Of a DNA stretch of 55,699 nt, positions 19,801 to 29,455 are shown one piece after another. The position numbers were made by a program, and so were the translations under genes. Position 1 is the first letter of the stretch. Every line of letters starts with the position of its first letter. The stretch covers positions 1 through 55,699 of the forward strand of contig JBDTVX010000001.1 of assembly GCA_040007015.1 (NCBI GenBank), read 5' to 3'. The notes under the pieces are model-generated. The model had not been told where the DNA came from. It searched no databases and worked only from the letters and a program-made list of their open reading frames with translations. This DNA is from Ferruginibacter sp. Its GTDB lineage: Bacteria > Bacteroidota > Bacteroidia > Chitinophagales > Chitinophagaceae.

Positions 19801-22800
19801 TTATATCTTATTTAGGATAATTTGAAAATATTCTTCTTTAATACCATATTGTTGAATGTATTTAAAATCATCCTGAATACCTTTCCAAAACAAAGCCGGA
19901 TCATTATATATTTGTAAACTCTTCCTGTAGCAGGTTAAAGCGTCAGGTTCTCTATTATTAGCTAAATGTATATGACCTAAATTCATATACCCTGTATCTC
20001 CACAACCCGAATCTATTGCTCTTATTAAAATTTCATGTGCTTTTTCTAATTCACCAAATCTAAGCAGGGCAAAACCTAAATTTCCCAAAGTGGCATGATC
20101 ATTCGGCCTGATGTCAATGGCTTTTTGATAATATTCTATTTCTTTACCATACTCGCCTTTTTCGGAATAAATTTCAGCTATATTTTTATATGCAATAAAA
20201 TAAGAAGGCTGAATATCAATTGCTTTTTGATAGTATTCAATAGCACTGTCATAGTCGCCTTTGGCGGAATAAACAATACCAATATTATAAAATGGATTTT
20301 CGTAATCCGGTCGGGCATCAATGACTTTTCGATAGCATTCTATGGCCTTGTCATAATCAACTTTATTGAAATAAGCATTGGCCATATTGAAAACTGCCTC
20401 TAAATAATCGGGCCGGATGTTAATAGCTTTTTGATAACATTCTATTGCATTCTCATACTCACCCTTGTTGAGATATACATCGCCCATTTGGTAATAAGCC
20501 CCCTCATAATCAGATTTCATTTGAACCGCTTTTTGATAATATTCTATTGCCCTGTCAGGGTCATCTTTACTAAAATATATCTCCCCCAAATTGTAATATA
20601 CCTCTGCATAATCAGGCTTCATTTGAATCGTTTTTTGATAATATTCAATCGCCAGGTCATATTCTCTTTTGTTGGAATAAATAAGTCCAATAAAAAATAA
20701 GGCGTTGGAATAATCAGGCTTGATTTGAATCGTTTTTTGAAAACATTCTATTGCCTTGTCATAGATGTCTTTATCGTAATATGCCTCACCCATTTTGTAA
20801 AATGCATCGGAATAATCAGGTTGAATGTCAATTGCTCTTTGAAAATATTCTATTGCCTTGTCGTATTCTCCTTTACTTGAATAGATACTTCCAATATTGT
20901 AATATGCGCCCGAATAATCAGGTTTAATTTGAGTTGCTTTTTGATAATATTCTATTGCCTTGTCATGCTCTTCTTTTCTTGAATAGAGGGTTCCTAAATT
21001 GTAATACGCCTCGCAATAACCAGGTTGAATGTCAATGGCTCTCTGATAACATTCTATTGCCTTATCCTGCTCATACTTGTTTGAATAGACATTTCCCATA
21101 TTGTAATATACCTCTGCATAATCGGGTTGAATTTCTATCGCTTTTTGATAATATTCTATTGCCTTGTCATGGTCACCTTTACTGGAATATCTATTGCCTA
21201 AATTTTTAAAAATTACGGGTTCCCAAGGCTGAACTTCAATTGCTTTCTGATAATATGCTATTGCCATGTCAGGCTCGTCTTTGAAGGAATAGGCAACTCC
21301 AATAGAAATTAATGCATTAGGATAATCAGGCCTGATATCGATCGCCTTTTGAAAACATTCGATCGCCTTGTCATAGTCGCCTTTGTTATGATATGCGTCG
21401 CCCATATTGTAAAACGCATCCGGATAATAGGGCTGAATATCAACAGCGTTTTGATAACATTCGATTGTTTCGCTATAGTTACCTTCTTCATAATTGATAT
21501 AACCATTCACGGTATACAGGAATGCCCTGTGTTTTTGATCACTTACCCAATTTTTTGATAAAATATCCTGAACTGTCTTTTTAATATCTTCATAATCTTT
21601 CATTTCTGATTTCTGGATGGTTTCTATTTTCGAAGCCCAATCTTTAATGAGAAAATTATCATTGTCCTTCCCGGCTTTTTGAACAGTTTCACCAATGATG
21701 GAAGTGGAAGCGAGGCCACTGTCATACCACTTTTTTATAAAAGAAGCGACTAATTGAGGTAGTGTTTTATCTGGTTTGGCACATAAAGCATGATATATAC
21801 GCTCCTGCTCAAAACCAAACCACAAATTATGACCGGATTGGTTTTCGATGTCAACTTCTAATTCTTTTTGTAAAGCAAAATAATAGTCATTTAATGCCTG
21901 GTGATTTTTTACCCAATCTTTGTGAGAACGGGTACGAATGTAGCGCAACATCTGTTCTCTCACAACATTATGGTATCCCCAGTGGGTACCTGATTTTTGC
22001 ATAAATGGCTGAGTACAAAGCCAATCAAAACTTATGCCTGCGTCAGTTTTATTTTCTATAAGACATTCAATGATATCCTTATTAAGCTTACGCGGCAACG
22101 AACCCGATAAAGCTATGTTTCTATGGGTATCATTTTCCACCCATTTTAAAAAGCGTTCTACCGCTGTTTCACAACTATCCTGGATATTTCTTTTGCCATC
22201 TGTTGCGGTGGATACCAGCCACGCCATTAGCACAGGTAATCTGCCTGAAAGATTGCGGATGTCATTTTTTACATTATCATTTATTATACCATGAATTGAT
22301 AAATAGTGATTAGCTTCTTCCTCCGAAAAAGGCTCTAAAGGAATATATTGGGTGAAATCATTTAAAGCGGACCATTTGTTAGGATTGAGTTCATTTCTGC
22401 CTGCTATAATAAATAAAATGTTTGCAGGTATATCTCCATATTTATTATCCAAAACTTCCAGGAGCCAATCTTCTAAAATAACGGCTGTTTCTTCAAAAGT
22501 ATCTATGCAAAAACACATAAATTTTTTGGTGCAGGCATGTCTTGAGATCCCTTTCCAAAAAAGAGGCGATAATATCTTTAGGGGTTCCAATACCAATTCC
22601 ACCTCATCTTTATTAACTATTTTTTTTCGAACAAAATCCGCCCAATCCCCAAGCGAAGAGGAGATGCTTTCTTCATCAATAAAAGAACCTATAATTTCAC
22701 CGGCAGGAATTAATTTTTTCCCTTCTTTAATAGCGCCTTTGGTGATAGCTTTTAAAAGATTACTAAAAGTCCCTTTGGGTTTTTCGGGGTCAGCCTCCAG

Positions 22801-23136
22801 TTTTTTTGTTTCCTGTAAGTAGGTTTTATATCGTTTATCAAACTCACTGATTTCGGCTTCTTTGATTTTGAATTGCTCTGATACAGCATTCATCCATTGA
22901 AGTGTTGTCTTAATGGCTTCATCAGTGTAGGTGGTTAGGCAATCGTGATTATCTGCAATACTCTTGTATTGATGGGTAAGATAAGATTTGCCGACGCCCC
23001 CCTGGCCAAAAATATTAAAAATAACGATTGGTTCTCTTTTATTTAAATTCTCTTTAAATAGATCCAAATGCTCCCCCCTTCCAATAAATTTGGCATCTTG
23101 TTTTTCTTTTCGGCGCTCTGCAAATGTTTGTGCCAT
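19801..23136 (-). CDS. STAND-type P-loop NTPase with about 16 C-terminal TPR repeats (NLR-like architecture, no N-terminal effector)
   Basis: FIGR start of the NTPase, Walker A GQGGVGKS, Walker B CFCIDTFEE, sensor IIAGR, GxP motif SGRLP, winged-helix YHNVVRE; then 34-aa TPRs. Confidence 0.88.
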   Translation of the reverse strand: MAQTFAERRKEKQDAKFIGRGEHLDLFKENLNKREPIVIFNIFGQGGVGKSYLTHQYKSIADNHDCLTTYTDEAIKTTLQWMNAVSEQFKIKEAEISEFDKRYKTYLQETKKLEADPEKPKGTFSNLLKAITKGAIKEGKKLIPAGEIIGSFIDEESISSSLGDWADFVRKKIVNKDEVELVLEPLKILSPLFWKGISRHACTKKFMCFCIDTFEETAVILEDWLLEVLDNKYGDIPANILFIIAGRNELNPNKWSALNDFTQYIPLEPFSEEEANHYLSIHGIINDNVKNDIRNLSGRLPVLMAWLVSTATDGKRNIQDSCETAVERFLKWVENDTHRNIALSGSLPRKLNKDIIECLIENKTDAGISFDWLCTQPFMQKSGTHWGYHNVVREQMLRYIRTRSHKDWVKNHQALNDYYFALQKELEVDIENQSGHNLWFGFEQERIYHALCAKPDKTLPQLVASFIKKWYDSGLASTSIIGETVQKAGKDNDNFLIKDWASKIETIQKSEMKDYEDIKKTVQDILSKNWVSDQKHRAFLYTVNGYINYEEGNYSETIECYQNAVDIQPYYPDAFYNMGDAYHNKGDYDKAIECFQKAIDIRPDYPNALISIGVAYSFKDEPDMAIAYYQKAIEVQPWEPVIFKNLGNRYSSKGDHDKAIEYYQKAIEIQPDYAEVYYNMGNVYSNKYEQDKAIECYQRAIDIQPGYCEAYYNLGTLYSRKEEHDKAIEYYQKATQIKPDYSGAYYNIGSIYSSKGEYDKAIEYFQRAIDIQPDYSDAFYKMGEAYYDKDIYDKAIECFQKTIQIKPDYSNALFFIGLIYSNKREYDLAIEYYQKTIQMKPDYAEVYYNLGEIYFSKDDPDRAIEYYQKAVQMKSDYEGAYYQMGDVYLNKGEYENAIECYQKAINIRPDYLEAVFNMANAYFNKVDYDKAIECYRKVIDARPDYENPFYNIGIVYSAKGDYDSAIEYYQKAIDIQPSYFIAYKNIAEIYSEKGEYGKEIEYYQKAIDIRPNDHATLGNLGFALLRFGELEKAHEILIRAIDSGCGDTGYMNLGHIHLANNREPDALTCYRKSLQIYNDPALFWKGIQDDFKYIQQYGIKEEYFQIILNKI
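20098..21525 (-). repeat. 14 x 102-bp coding tandem repeat (TPR array)
   Basis: Units such as PDAFYNMGDAYHNKGDYDKAIECFQKAIDIRPDY; the DNA motif gataatattctattgccttgtc recurs at 102-bp spacing; 1428 bp = 14 x 102. Confidence 0.9.
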
Positions 23137-23641
23137 TACTTTAGATTTAAACTATTCTTAAATATTAGCTTGTAGTATATTACTTTTCCCTCATTAAGGA
23201 TTCGAATCGCCTTTAATTATTTTTATCAGCCGGATTAATCCTGCTTCTGTTATAATCATCACATAATTTTAATACAAATATCATTTTTTTACTATTATCT
23301 TTTACCAATCAACTTATTTGGCCCTTGATACTTATTGTTCAGCCCATCCATTTATCAGCAGTTTGGTTATAAATACGTGCATTATACTCCATCAATTATT
23401 TTCACAACAATAAGACTTTTAACATCCCGGCCTGCATGCCGGGGATCAACCTGTAATCAGCCGGTTCCTGCCTTCATATTAAGTTCTGGGTATAAAATGC
23501 TTCCATGCAATCCCTGTTTGACAGAAAGCCGGCAATCTCCTGGATGTCGTTCATGTACGAGAGACTGCTCTTCATCATCCGCAATAAGCAGTTCAGGAGT
23601 TTATGAATGAATGATACTTTTTTTTGCGAATTTTACCGCCG

Positions 23642-24703
23642 ATGAAAAGAGTCTTATTACATATTGCTTTCTGGATAGTGTACCTGTTACAAGACGTGGT
23701 ATTGATCTTTCTTTTGGATATTAGCAGGGTGCAGCATTTTACAGTTACCAAAGGGATAATAACAGCTGTTGAAAATTGCCTTGTATTGGTTCTGCCAAAA
23801 TTGCTGTTCACGTATTTAATGTTGTACGTTATCATTGATAAAATGTTAAAGGAGGGTAACCTGGTTAAAAGCGGCATTCTTTATTCCCTATTGGCGCTAA
23901 CAGGCACCCTGCTTCTATACAGGGCAATCAGCATCTACTTTATATACCCGGTAATTTACGGATGGTCAACAAATGTTCCTCCCTACTTTAACCTGTTGGG
24001 GTTCCTGGTTGGTTTAATGGATATCGGGTTTGCTTCAGGCGCGGCTATTGTTATAAAACAAATCCGGCTACAGTTGGCAGCGAAAGAAAAGGAAAAGAAT
24101 TTAACCAGGGAAAAATTAGAAACTGAGTTAAAATTTCTTCGCAATCAAACCAATCCTCATTTTCTTTTCAATACACTAAATAATATTTATGCACTGGCCA
24201 GGAAAAAATCGGATGATACGCCGGAAGTAGTTATGAAACTATCCAAGCTATTAAGGTTTATGCTGTATGAAACAAAAAAACCGTCCATTAACATTGGTGA
24301 TGAAATTAAAATGCTGGACGATTATATTGAATTGGAAAGAATACGTTATAACGGCCGGCTGACAATCAATTTTCTAAGAGAAATTGATAATGAAATGGAA
24401 CAGATCTCCCCATTGGTGCTATTGCCTTTTGTTGAAAATGCTTTTAAACACGGGGCCAGCGAAAGCCGGTTTGAATCATATATTCATATTGATATGAAAC
24501 TGCAGAAAAGCCTGCTGAATTTTAACATAGAAAATACAAAGGAAAACAACGATAATAATGGCCTGACGGAAAATATCGGGTTAACCAATGTAAGAAGGCA
24601 ACTGGAGTTGATATACAGCGATTACGATATAAAAGTGCAGAATGAAACTTCGGTTTTTAAGATAGCCCTTACAATAAATTTATTAAGCCATGCAAAAATA
24701 TAA
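23642..24703 (+). CDS. LytS-type membrane sensor histidine kinase
   Basis: N-terminal TM helices, ELKFLRNQTNPHFLFNTLNNIY, LLRFMLYE, FVENAFKHG, IGLTNVRRQLEL. Confidence 0.93.
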   Translation: MKRVLLHIAFWIVYLLQDVVLIFLLDISRVQHFTVTKGIITAVENCLVLVLPKLLFTYLMLYVIIDKMLKEGNLVKSGILYSLLALTGTLLLYRAISIYFIYPVIYGWSTNVPPYFNLLGFLVGLMDIGFASGAAIVIKQIRLQLAAKEKEKNLTREKLETELKFLRNQTNPHFLFNTLNNIYALARKKSDDTPEVVMKLSKLLRFMLYETKKPSINIGDEIKMLDDYIELERIRYNGRLTINFLREIDNEMEQISPLVLLPFVENAFKHGASESRFESYIHIDMKLQKSLLNFNIENTKENNDNNGLTENIGLTNVRRQLELIYSDYDIKVQNETSVFKIALTINLLSHAKI

Positions 24704-25409
24704 TTGTATAATAGTAGAAGATGAACCCCTTGCAGCGGAAGTATTGGAGGACTACATCGTCCAGGTGCCTTTCCTGGATTTAAAGGGTGTATGCAGTGAT
24801 GCGATATTTGCAATGGAAGTATTACAAAAAGAAAAGATAGACCTGGTGTTTCTTGATATTCATTTACCCAAATTAAAAGGTCTTGATTTTATAAGAACCC
24901 TGAAGTCCCCACCTCAGATTATTATCACCACCGCATACCAGGAATATGCATTGGAGGGCTATGAATTCGACGTTATTGATTATCTTCTCAAACCAATTGA
25001 ATTCGTCCGGTTTTTAACTGCGGTAAATAAACTTAAACAATATAAAGAAGCTGTTTCTTTTTCGTCATATAGCACAAACCAGGCAGCTACGGAAAGAACA
25101 TATTTATTTTTTAATGTGAGCAAACGGAAGGTAAAAGTATGCCTTGACGAGATACTTTACATTGAAAGTCTTAAAGAATATATCAGGATTACAACGCGTA
25201 GTAAATCAATTTTGACCAAATTTCAATTAAGTCAAATTGAAGAATTACTTGCAAAGAATAATTTCCTGCGGATACACCGTTCTTTTATTGTTGCAAAAGA
25301 TAAGATCGATGCCTTCTCTTCTACAGATATTGAAATCGGCAGCAAGCAAATCCCTATCGGCAGAAGCTATAAGGATTTAGTGATCAGCATTCTTGAAAAG
25401 GAAGGCTGA
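24690..25409 (+). CDS. LytTR-family response regulator
   Basis: IIVEDEP, FLDIHLP, DYLLKP receiver; FLRIHRSFIV and IPIGRSY LytTR domain; overlaps the kinase stop. Confidence 0.95.
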   Translation: MQKYNCIIVEDEPLAAEVLEDYIVQVPFLDLKGVCSDAIFAMEVLQKEKIDLVFLDIHLPKLKGLDFIRTLKSPPQIIITTAYQEYALEGYEFDVIDYLLKPIEFVRFLTAVNKLKQYKEAVSFSSYSTNQAATERTYLFFNVSKRKVKVCLDEILYIESLKEYIRITTRSKSILTKFQLSQIEELLAKNNFLRIHRSFIVAKDKIDAFSSTDIEIGSKQIPIGRSYKDLVISILEKEG

Positions 25410-25628
25410 AGTTTGATCGTTGATGATGCCATCTAAAAAAAGTATGAAAGTAAATTCAAACCGCAATAAATGTGTTACGCCGATATCGATGTTTATTTAT
25501 AATAAGATTCGTATTTTACCGGTAAATAGCTTTCTGTATACCTTAACCTGCTGTTCATTGAAAATACACTCACCTGCCCGGTAATATAAATAAATTCGAA
25601 TTCTGTTAGTATGTAATAGTTTAACCTG

Positions 25629-25663
25629 TCCATGGTCAATCGTCCGTGGTCCATGGTCAATTA
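25629..25663. repeat. Five imperfect 7-nt tandem repeats just upstream of the 25675 start
   Basis: tccatgg tcaatcg tccgtgg tccatgg tcaatta. Confidence 0.7.
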
Positions 25664-25674
25664 AACATTCAATT

Positions 25675-26490
25675 ATGCGCAACTTTATAGAAACGGGAAG
25701 GGCTTTTTATGGAGCTGGTATTGTTGCTTATGGAATACAGCAAATTCTTACCGGGGATTTTCGCCCGGCAATACTACCGGAATTTCCGGTATGGATTCAT
25801 AAATATTCAGTCTTCCCATACATTACAGGAGTAGCTTTGATAGTAGCCGGTGTTATCATTTCCGGCTTGTTTAAAATCAAGGGGATCAATACAAAAAAAA
25901 TATTCCTTTATGTAGGATTTTCCTTTCTTGCACTCATCATTATTTGTCATTTTCCATATCGTTTTATCATCAGCCCTTATAAGGCAAAGCATTTGGGAGT
26001 ATGGACGGATGCTTTAAAGGAATTGGCATTTTCCGGAGGCGCATTTGTAATGGCGGGCTCATTTTTGGAAAACACGATTACGGTCGGTAGAAATAACTTC
26101 TTTGAATGCCTGTTAGAAAAACTTATCCCCTTTGGAAGGATCCTTTTTTCCATAACGATGATTTCATTTGGTATTGACCATTTTTATTATACCGGTACAG
26201 TATCCGCAATGGTACCTGCCTGGTTTGGAGTGCCTGTTTTTTGGACATACTTTGGCGGGGTGGCACTTATTGGTTCGGGAACAGCTATTATTTTAAAAAT
26301 ACTGATTAGGCCCATTGGATTTCTATTAGCCGGCATGCTTTTTCTTTGGTTTATTTTTCTTCATGTGCCTCATGCCATTGCGGATCCTTCTGTAGCTAAT
26401 GGAAATCAAATTGTAAGCGCATTTGATGCGTTGCTTTTTAGCGGTGTCGCCCTGGTTATTGCCAATATAAAAAACGCTCAGGTAAAATAG
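25675..26490 (+). CDS. DoxX-like membrane protein (two internal repeats)
   Basis: GRAFYG...YGIQQ...YITGVALI...KELAFSGGA repeated as GRILFS...FGIDH...YFGGVALI...DALLFSGVA. Confidence 0.75.
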   Translation: MRNFIETGRAFYGAGIVAYGIQQILTGDFRPAILPEFPVWIHKYSVFPYITGVALIVAGVIISGLFKIKGINTKKIFLYVGFSFLALIIICHFPYRFIISPYKAKHLGVWTDALKELAFSGGAFVMAGSFLENTITVGRNNFFECLLEKLIPFGRILFSITMISFGIDHFYYTGTVSAMVPAWFGVPVFWTYFGGVALIGSGTAIILKILIRPIGFLLAGMLFLWFIFLHVPHAIADPSVANGNQIVSAFDALLFSGVALVIANIKNAQVK

Positions 26491-26514
26491 ATTTTTAAAA
26501 ATCATCAGGTAATA

Positions 26515-27684
26515 TTGATAAAAGTGAAAAGAATAAACAGCATTGACATAACAAGGGGGTTGGTAATGATTATAATGGCATTGGATCACACCCGTGACCT
26601 GGTGCATATAACTTCTATAACTCAATCCCCAACAGATTTATCAACGACTACCCCTGCTTTATTTTTCACCCGTTGGATCACTCATTTGTGCGCCCCTGTT
26701 TTCGTTTTTCTATCTGGCACATCCGCTTATATTTCACTTAAAAATAAAAATAATATTACTGAAAGCAGGCGGTTTTTATTGACAAGAGGTATTTGGCTGA
26801 TCATTTTAGAATTTACACTTGTAAACTTTGGAATTTGGTTTGACATACATTTCAGCGTCTTTCTTTTTGATGTGATAGCTGCTATTGGTTTTGGATTTAT
26901 TATCATGAGCCTGTTATTAAAAGCTTCTGCAAAGACAATCGGAACGATCGGCCTGGCAATTATTTTTTTGCATAACCTGGCCCCCCTGGTACCTTTTGCG
27001 GAGACCTCACTTATTAAAAGAGTACTGATGCCTTTCTTTGCCCCGGCGGCATTTCCAATAGGTGGCGGAACTATGTTTGTCATGGGCTATCCGCCAGTTC
27101 CCTGGCTGGGCATCATGTTAACAGGTTTTGCTGCAGGCAAATTATTTGAACTTCCCGGCACCCGGAGAAAAAGCGCCTTTCTGAAAATCGGTTTAACTTC
27201 TTTAATACTTTTTATAATTATCAGGGCAATTAATATTTACGGGGATTCATCTCCATGGGCAAGTCAGAAAAATGGCTTATACACTTTTCTTTCATTTATC
27301 AATGTAACAAAATATCCACCGTCATTGGTGTTTTGTCTGGTTACATTAGGGGTTATGTTTTTAATTCTTTCTGTTGTGGAAGGCGTGGAAAATAAGTTCA
27401 GCCGTATTGCTACCGTATATGGTAGAGTGCCATTGTTCTACTTCCTGGTTCATTGGTATATTTTACATCCTGTTATGTTCGGGATAGTTTTTTTGCAGGG
27501 TTATAAAAGCCCGGATCTGTTATTTGGATTTAATTTGGGCAGGCCCAGGGGTGCAAGTGGTGTGAACCTTTGGTTTATTTATTTAATATGGATACTTGTT
27601 GTAATAATGCTATACCCACTTTGCAAATGGTATGGTAAATACAAGGAAGATCATAAGGAAAAAAAATGGCTCCGTTATTTATGA
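26515..27684 (+). CDS. DUF1624 / heparan-alpha-glucosaminide N-acetyltransferase-like membrane protein
   Basis: RINSIDITRGLVMIIMALDHTRD, FFTRWITHLCAPVFVFLSG, KYPPSL, GRVPLFYFLVH; TTG start. Confidence 0.88.
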   Translation: MIKVKRINSIDITRGLVMIIMALDHTRDLVHITSITQSPTDLSTTTPALFFTRWITHLCAPVFVFLSGTSAYISLKNKNNITESRRFLLTRGIWLIILEFTLVNFGIWFDIHFSVFLFDVIAAIGFGFIIMSLLLKASAKTIGTIGLAIIFLHNLAPLVPFAETSLIKRVLMPFFAPAAFPIGGGTMFVMGYPPVPWLGIMLTGFAAGKLFELPGTRRKSAFLKIGLTSLILFIIIRAINIYGDSSPWASQKNGLYTFLSFINVTKYPPSLVFCLVTLGVMFLILSVVEGVENKFSRIATVYGRVPLFYFLVHWYILHPVMFGIVFLQGYKSPDLLFGFNLGRPRGASGVNLWFIYLIWILVVIMLYPLCKWYGKYKEDHKEKKWLRYL

Positions 27685-27691
27685 GCAGCGC

Positions 27692-28807
27692 TCACGCAAT
27701 CAAAACCTTCCTTCCATTTCGTGCTGATTCATAAATGGCCTGCAAAACCTTCATATCCTTTAACCCCTCCTGACCAGTGATATGAGCCGGTAGTTGCTCG
27801 CCGGCCAATATTTTTTTTGCGATCTCGTCCATTTGTGTTTGTTGCTGGTTGATGGTGGGGAAACTCATTTCGCCTTTACTTGTTCTCCCTTTAAACGGGC
27901 CGTAGCTTATTGCCGGGCTCAGTTCGAAAAATCCATCATCAGCGGCAGCAAACACCCTGTCTACCTGGCAATTGTAAGAACTGGAAGAAGTGGTTACCGC
28001 GCCGCCCGGAAAATCCAATTGCCAGGTGATGAGTTCTTCCACTTCTGAAAATAAAGTCTTGTTGGTGACCGGGCCAAACTGCGCAGTTACAGAAACAGGT
28101 TCTTCTCCCAATACATAGCGGCTGCATTGTACGCAATATACACCGAGGTTCATCAGCGGCCCGCCGCCGGATAAAGCTTTGTGTAAGCGCCATTCATTTG
28201 GGTCGCCGGCTTTATAACCCAGCGATGCTTCAATTAACCGCACCTGTCCAAATACTTTTTCCTGTCCCAGCCTTTTGATTTCCATATTGTAAGGTTCGTA
28301 ATGCAACCGGTAACCAACAGCCAGTTGTACACCCGCGGCATTACAGGCATCAATCATTTCCTGGCAGTCATTTGGGGTAATGGCCATTGGTTTTTCAACG
28401 ATCACATGTTTCCCTGCTTTAGCGGTCCGGATGGTATATTCCTTATGCATTGAATTAGGTAATACTACATACACCAGGTCGATGTCTTTGTTATCCTTTA
28501 TCGCATCAAAATTCTGATAGTTATAAATATTTTTATCCGGAATATTGTACTTCTTTTTCCATTCCACTGCTTTGGCGGGTGTGCCCGTTATGATGCCCGC
28601 CAGCCGGCAATTTTTCGCAGTCTCCAAACCCTCCGCAAGGTAGCCTGCATAGCGGCCGAGGCCACATAACGCGATGTTGAGCCTTTTATCATCGGGATTA
28701 ACTTTTCCGGAAATATTTATAAAGGATGGCAGTGATGTTGCTACGGCAGCAGCGCCGGCACCTATTCCCAGGTGCTGCAAAAAAGAACGGCGGGATACTC
28801 TTTTCAT
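27692..28807 (-). CDS. Gfo/Idh/MocA-family (glucose-fructose oxidoreductase-like) protein, Tat substrate
   Basis: SRRSFL twin-arginine signal, ALCGLGRYA, VYVVLPNSMH, AGKHVIVEKPMA, GGGPLMNLGVY. Confidence 0.92.
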   Translation of the reverse strand: MKRVSRRSFLQHLGIGAGAAAVATSLPSFINISGKVNPDDKRLNIALCGLGRYAGYLAEGLETAKNCRLAGIITGTPAKAVEWKKKYNIPDKNIYNYQNFDAIKDNKDIDLVYVVLPNSMHKEYTIRTAKAGKHVIVEKPMAITPNDCQEMIDACNAAGVQLAVGYRLHYEPYNMEIKRLGQEKVFGQVRLIEASLGYKAGDPNEWRLHKALSGGGPLMNLGVYCVQCSRYVLGEEPVSVTAQFGPVTNKTLFSEVEELITWQLDFPGGAVTTSSSSYNCQVDRVFAAADDGFFELSPAISYGPFKGRTSKGEMSFPTINQQQTQMDEIAKKILAGEQLPAHITGQEGLKDMKVLQAIYESARNGRKVLIA

Positions 28808-29021
28808 GATTTGGTTGTTGGTTTTGAAAATATGGAAGCCCGGGATTTTATGTTTACGCTAAAGTCCTTAAAAGTTTTATTACGGGCAAACATATACTCA
28901 CCTTTTTTTAAAAAGGTATTTAATAGTGTTATGTTATTGATGACCCGATGGCTAACAGGTTGGCAATGTTTAATCAAAGTCGTTTAGCTAGGATTTTTTT
29001 GTCCGCTAACCATCGGACTCC

Positions 29022-29377
29022 GTGTGTGTTGAAATAATTATTGCTCTTGAATTTTTCTCAGCTTTTACACAAAAGGCACACAATCCGCAGGCACAGTCCC
29101 GGAAGTGAATGCCTCTTTAATAGAACGGGAAATTCCGGACGCGGGTAAATTTACACCTGGGCAAATAAAAGGGATTTCACAAAAGTCTTGTGCTGTAATT
29201 AAAGAGCTGGGGCCGGGTATTGTTTGGTTGCAGAGTTATGTTACTGCTAACAAAATCTATTGGTTGTATAAAGCAAAAGATGAAAAGATCATCAGGGAGC
29301 ATGCAAGTAAAGGCGGTTCTCCAGTTACTTCAATAACTATGATTTCTGGTATAATCAGTCCTGAAACGGCAAAGTAA
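29022..29377 (+). pseudogene. DUF4242 (SCO4226-like) protein, probably degenerate or frameshifted at the 5' end
   Basis: Core 29105-29377 LIEREIPDAG...SQKSC...WLQSYVT...KIY...IREHA..GG.P; an upstream signal-peptide-like stretch (IIIALEFFSAFTQKA) is in another frame and joins it across gcacacaatcc. Confidence 0.55.
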
Positions 29378-29455
29378 TTCAGTTGCACTATAATAGTCCA
29401 ATGCCTTACTTGGAGCATAGCCGAAAAATAGTTTTATTCCGGGCCACATCGTGGC

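Noticed and set aside
20098-21525. Regularly spaced DNA repeats as a CRISPR array or DGR template/variable repeats
   Set aside because: The 102-bp period is in frame and encodes TPRs; there are no unique spacers, cas genes or reverse transcriptase, and differences are not adenine-specific.
23335-23610. Short ORFs between the STAND gene and the kinase, including a minus-strand LIADDE string
   Set aside because: The receiver-like similarity is limited to six residues, with no start codon or downstream receiver motifs.
25500-25600. LytTR-binding direct repeats upstream of the DoxX-like gene
   Set aside because: Only weak CTGT-containing matches with non-canonical spacing.
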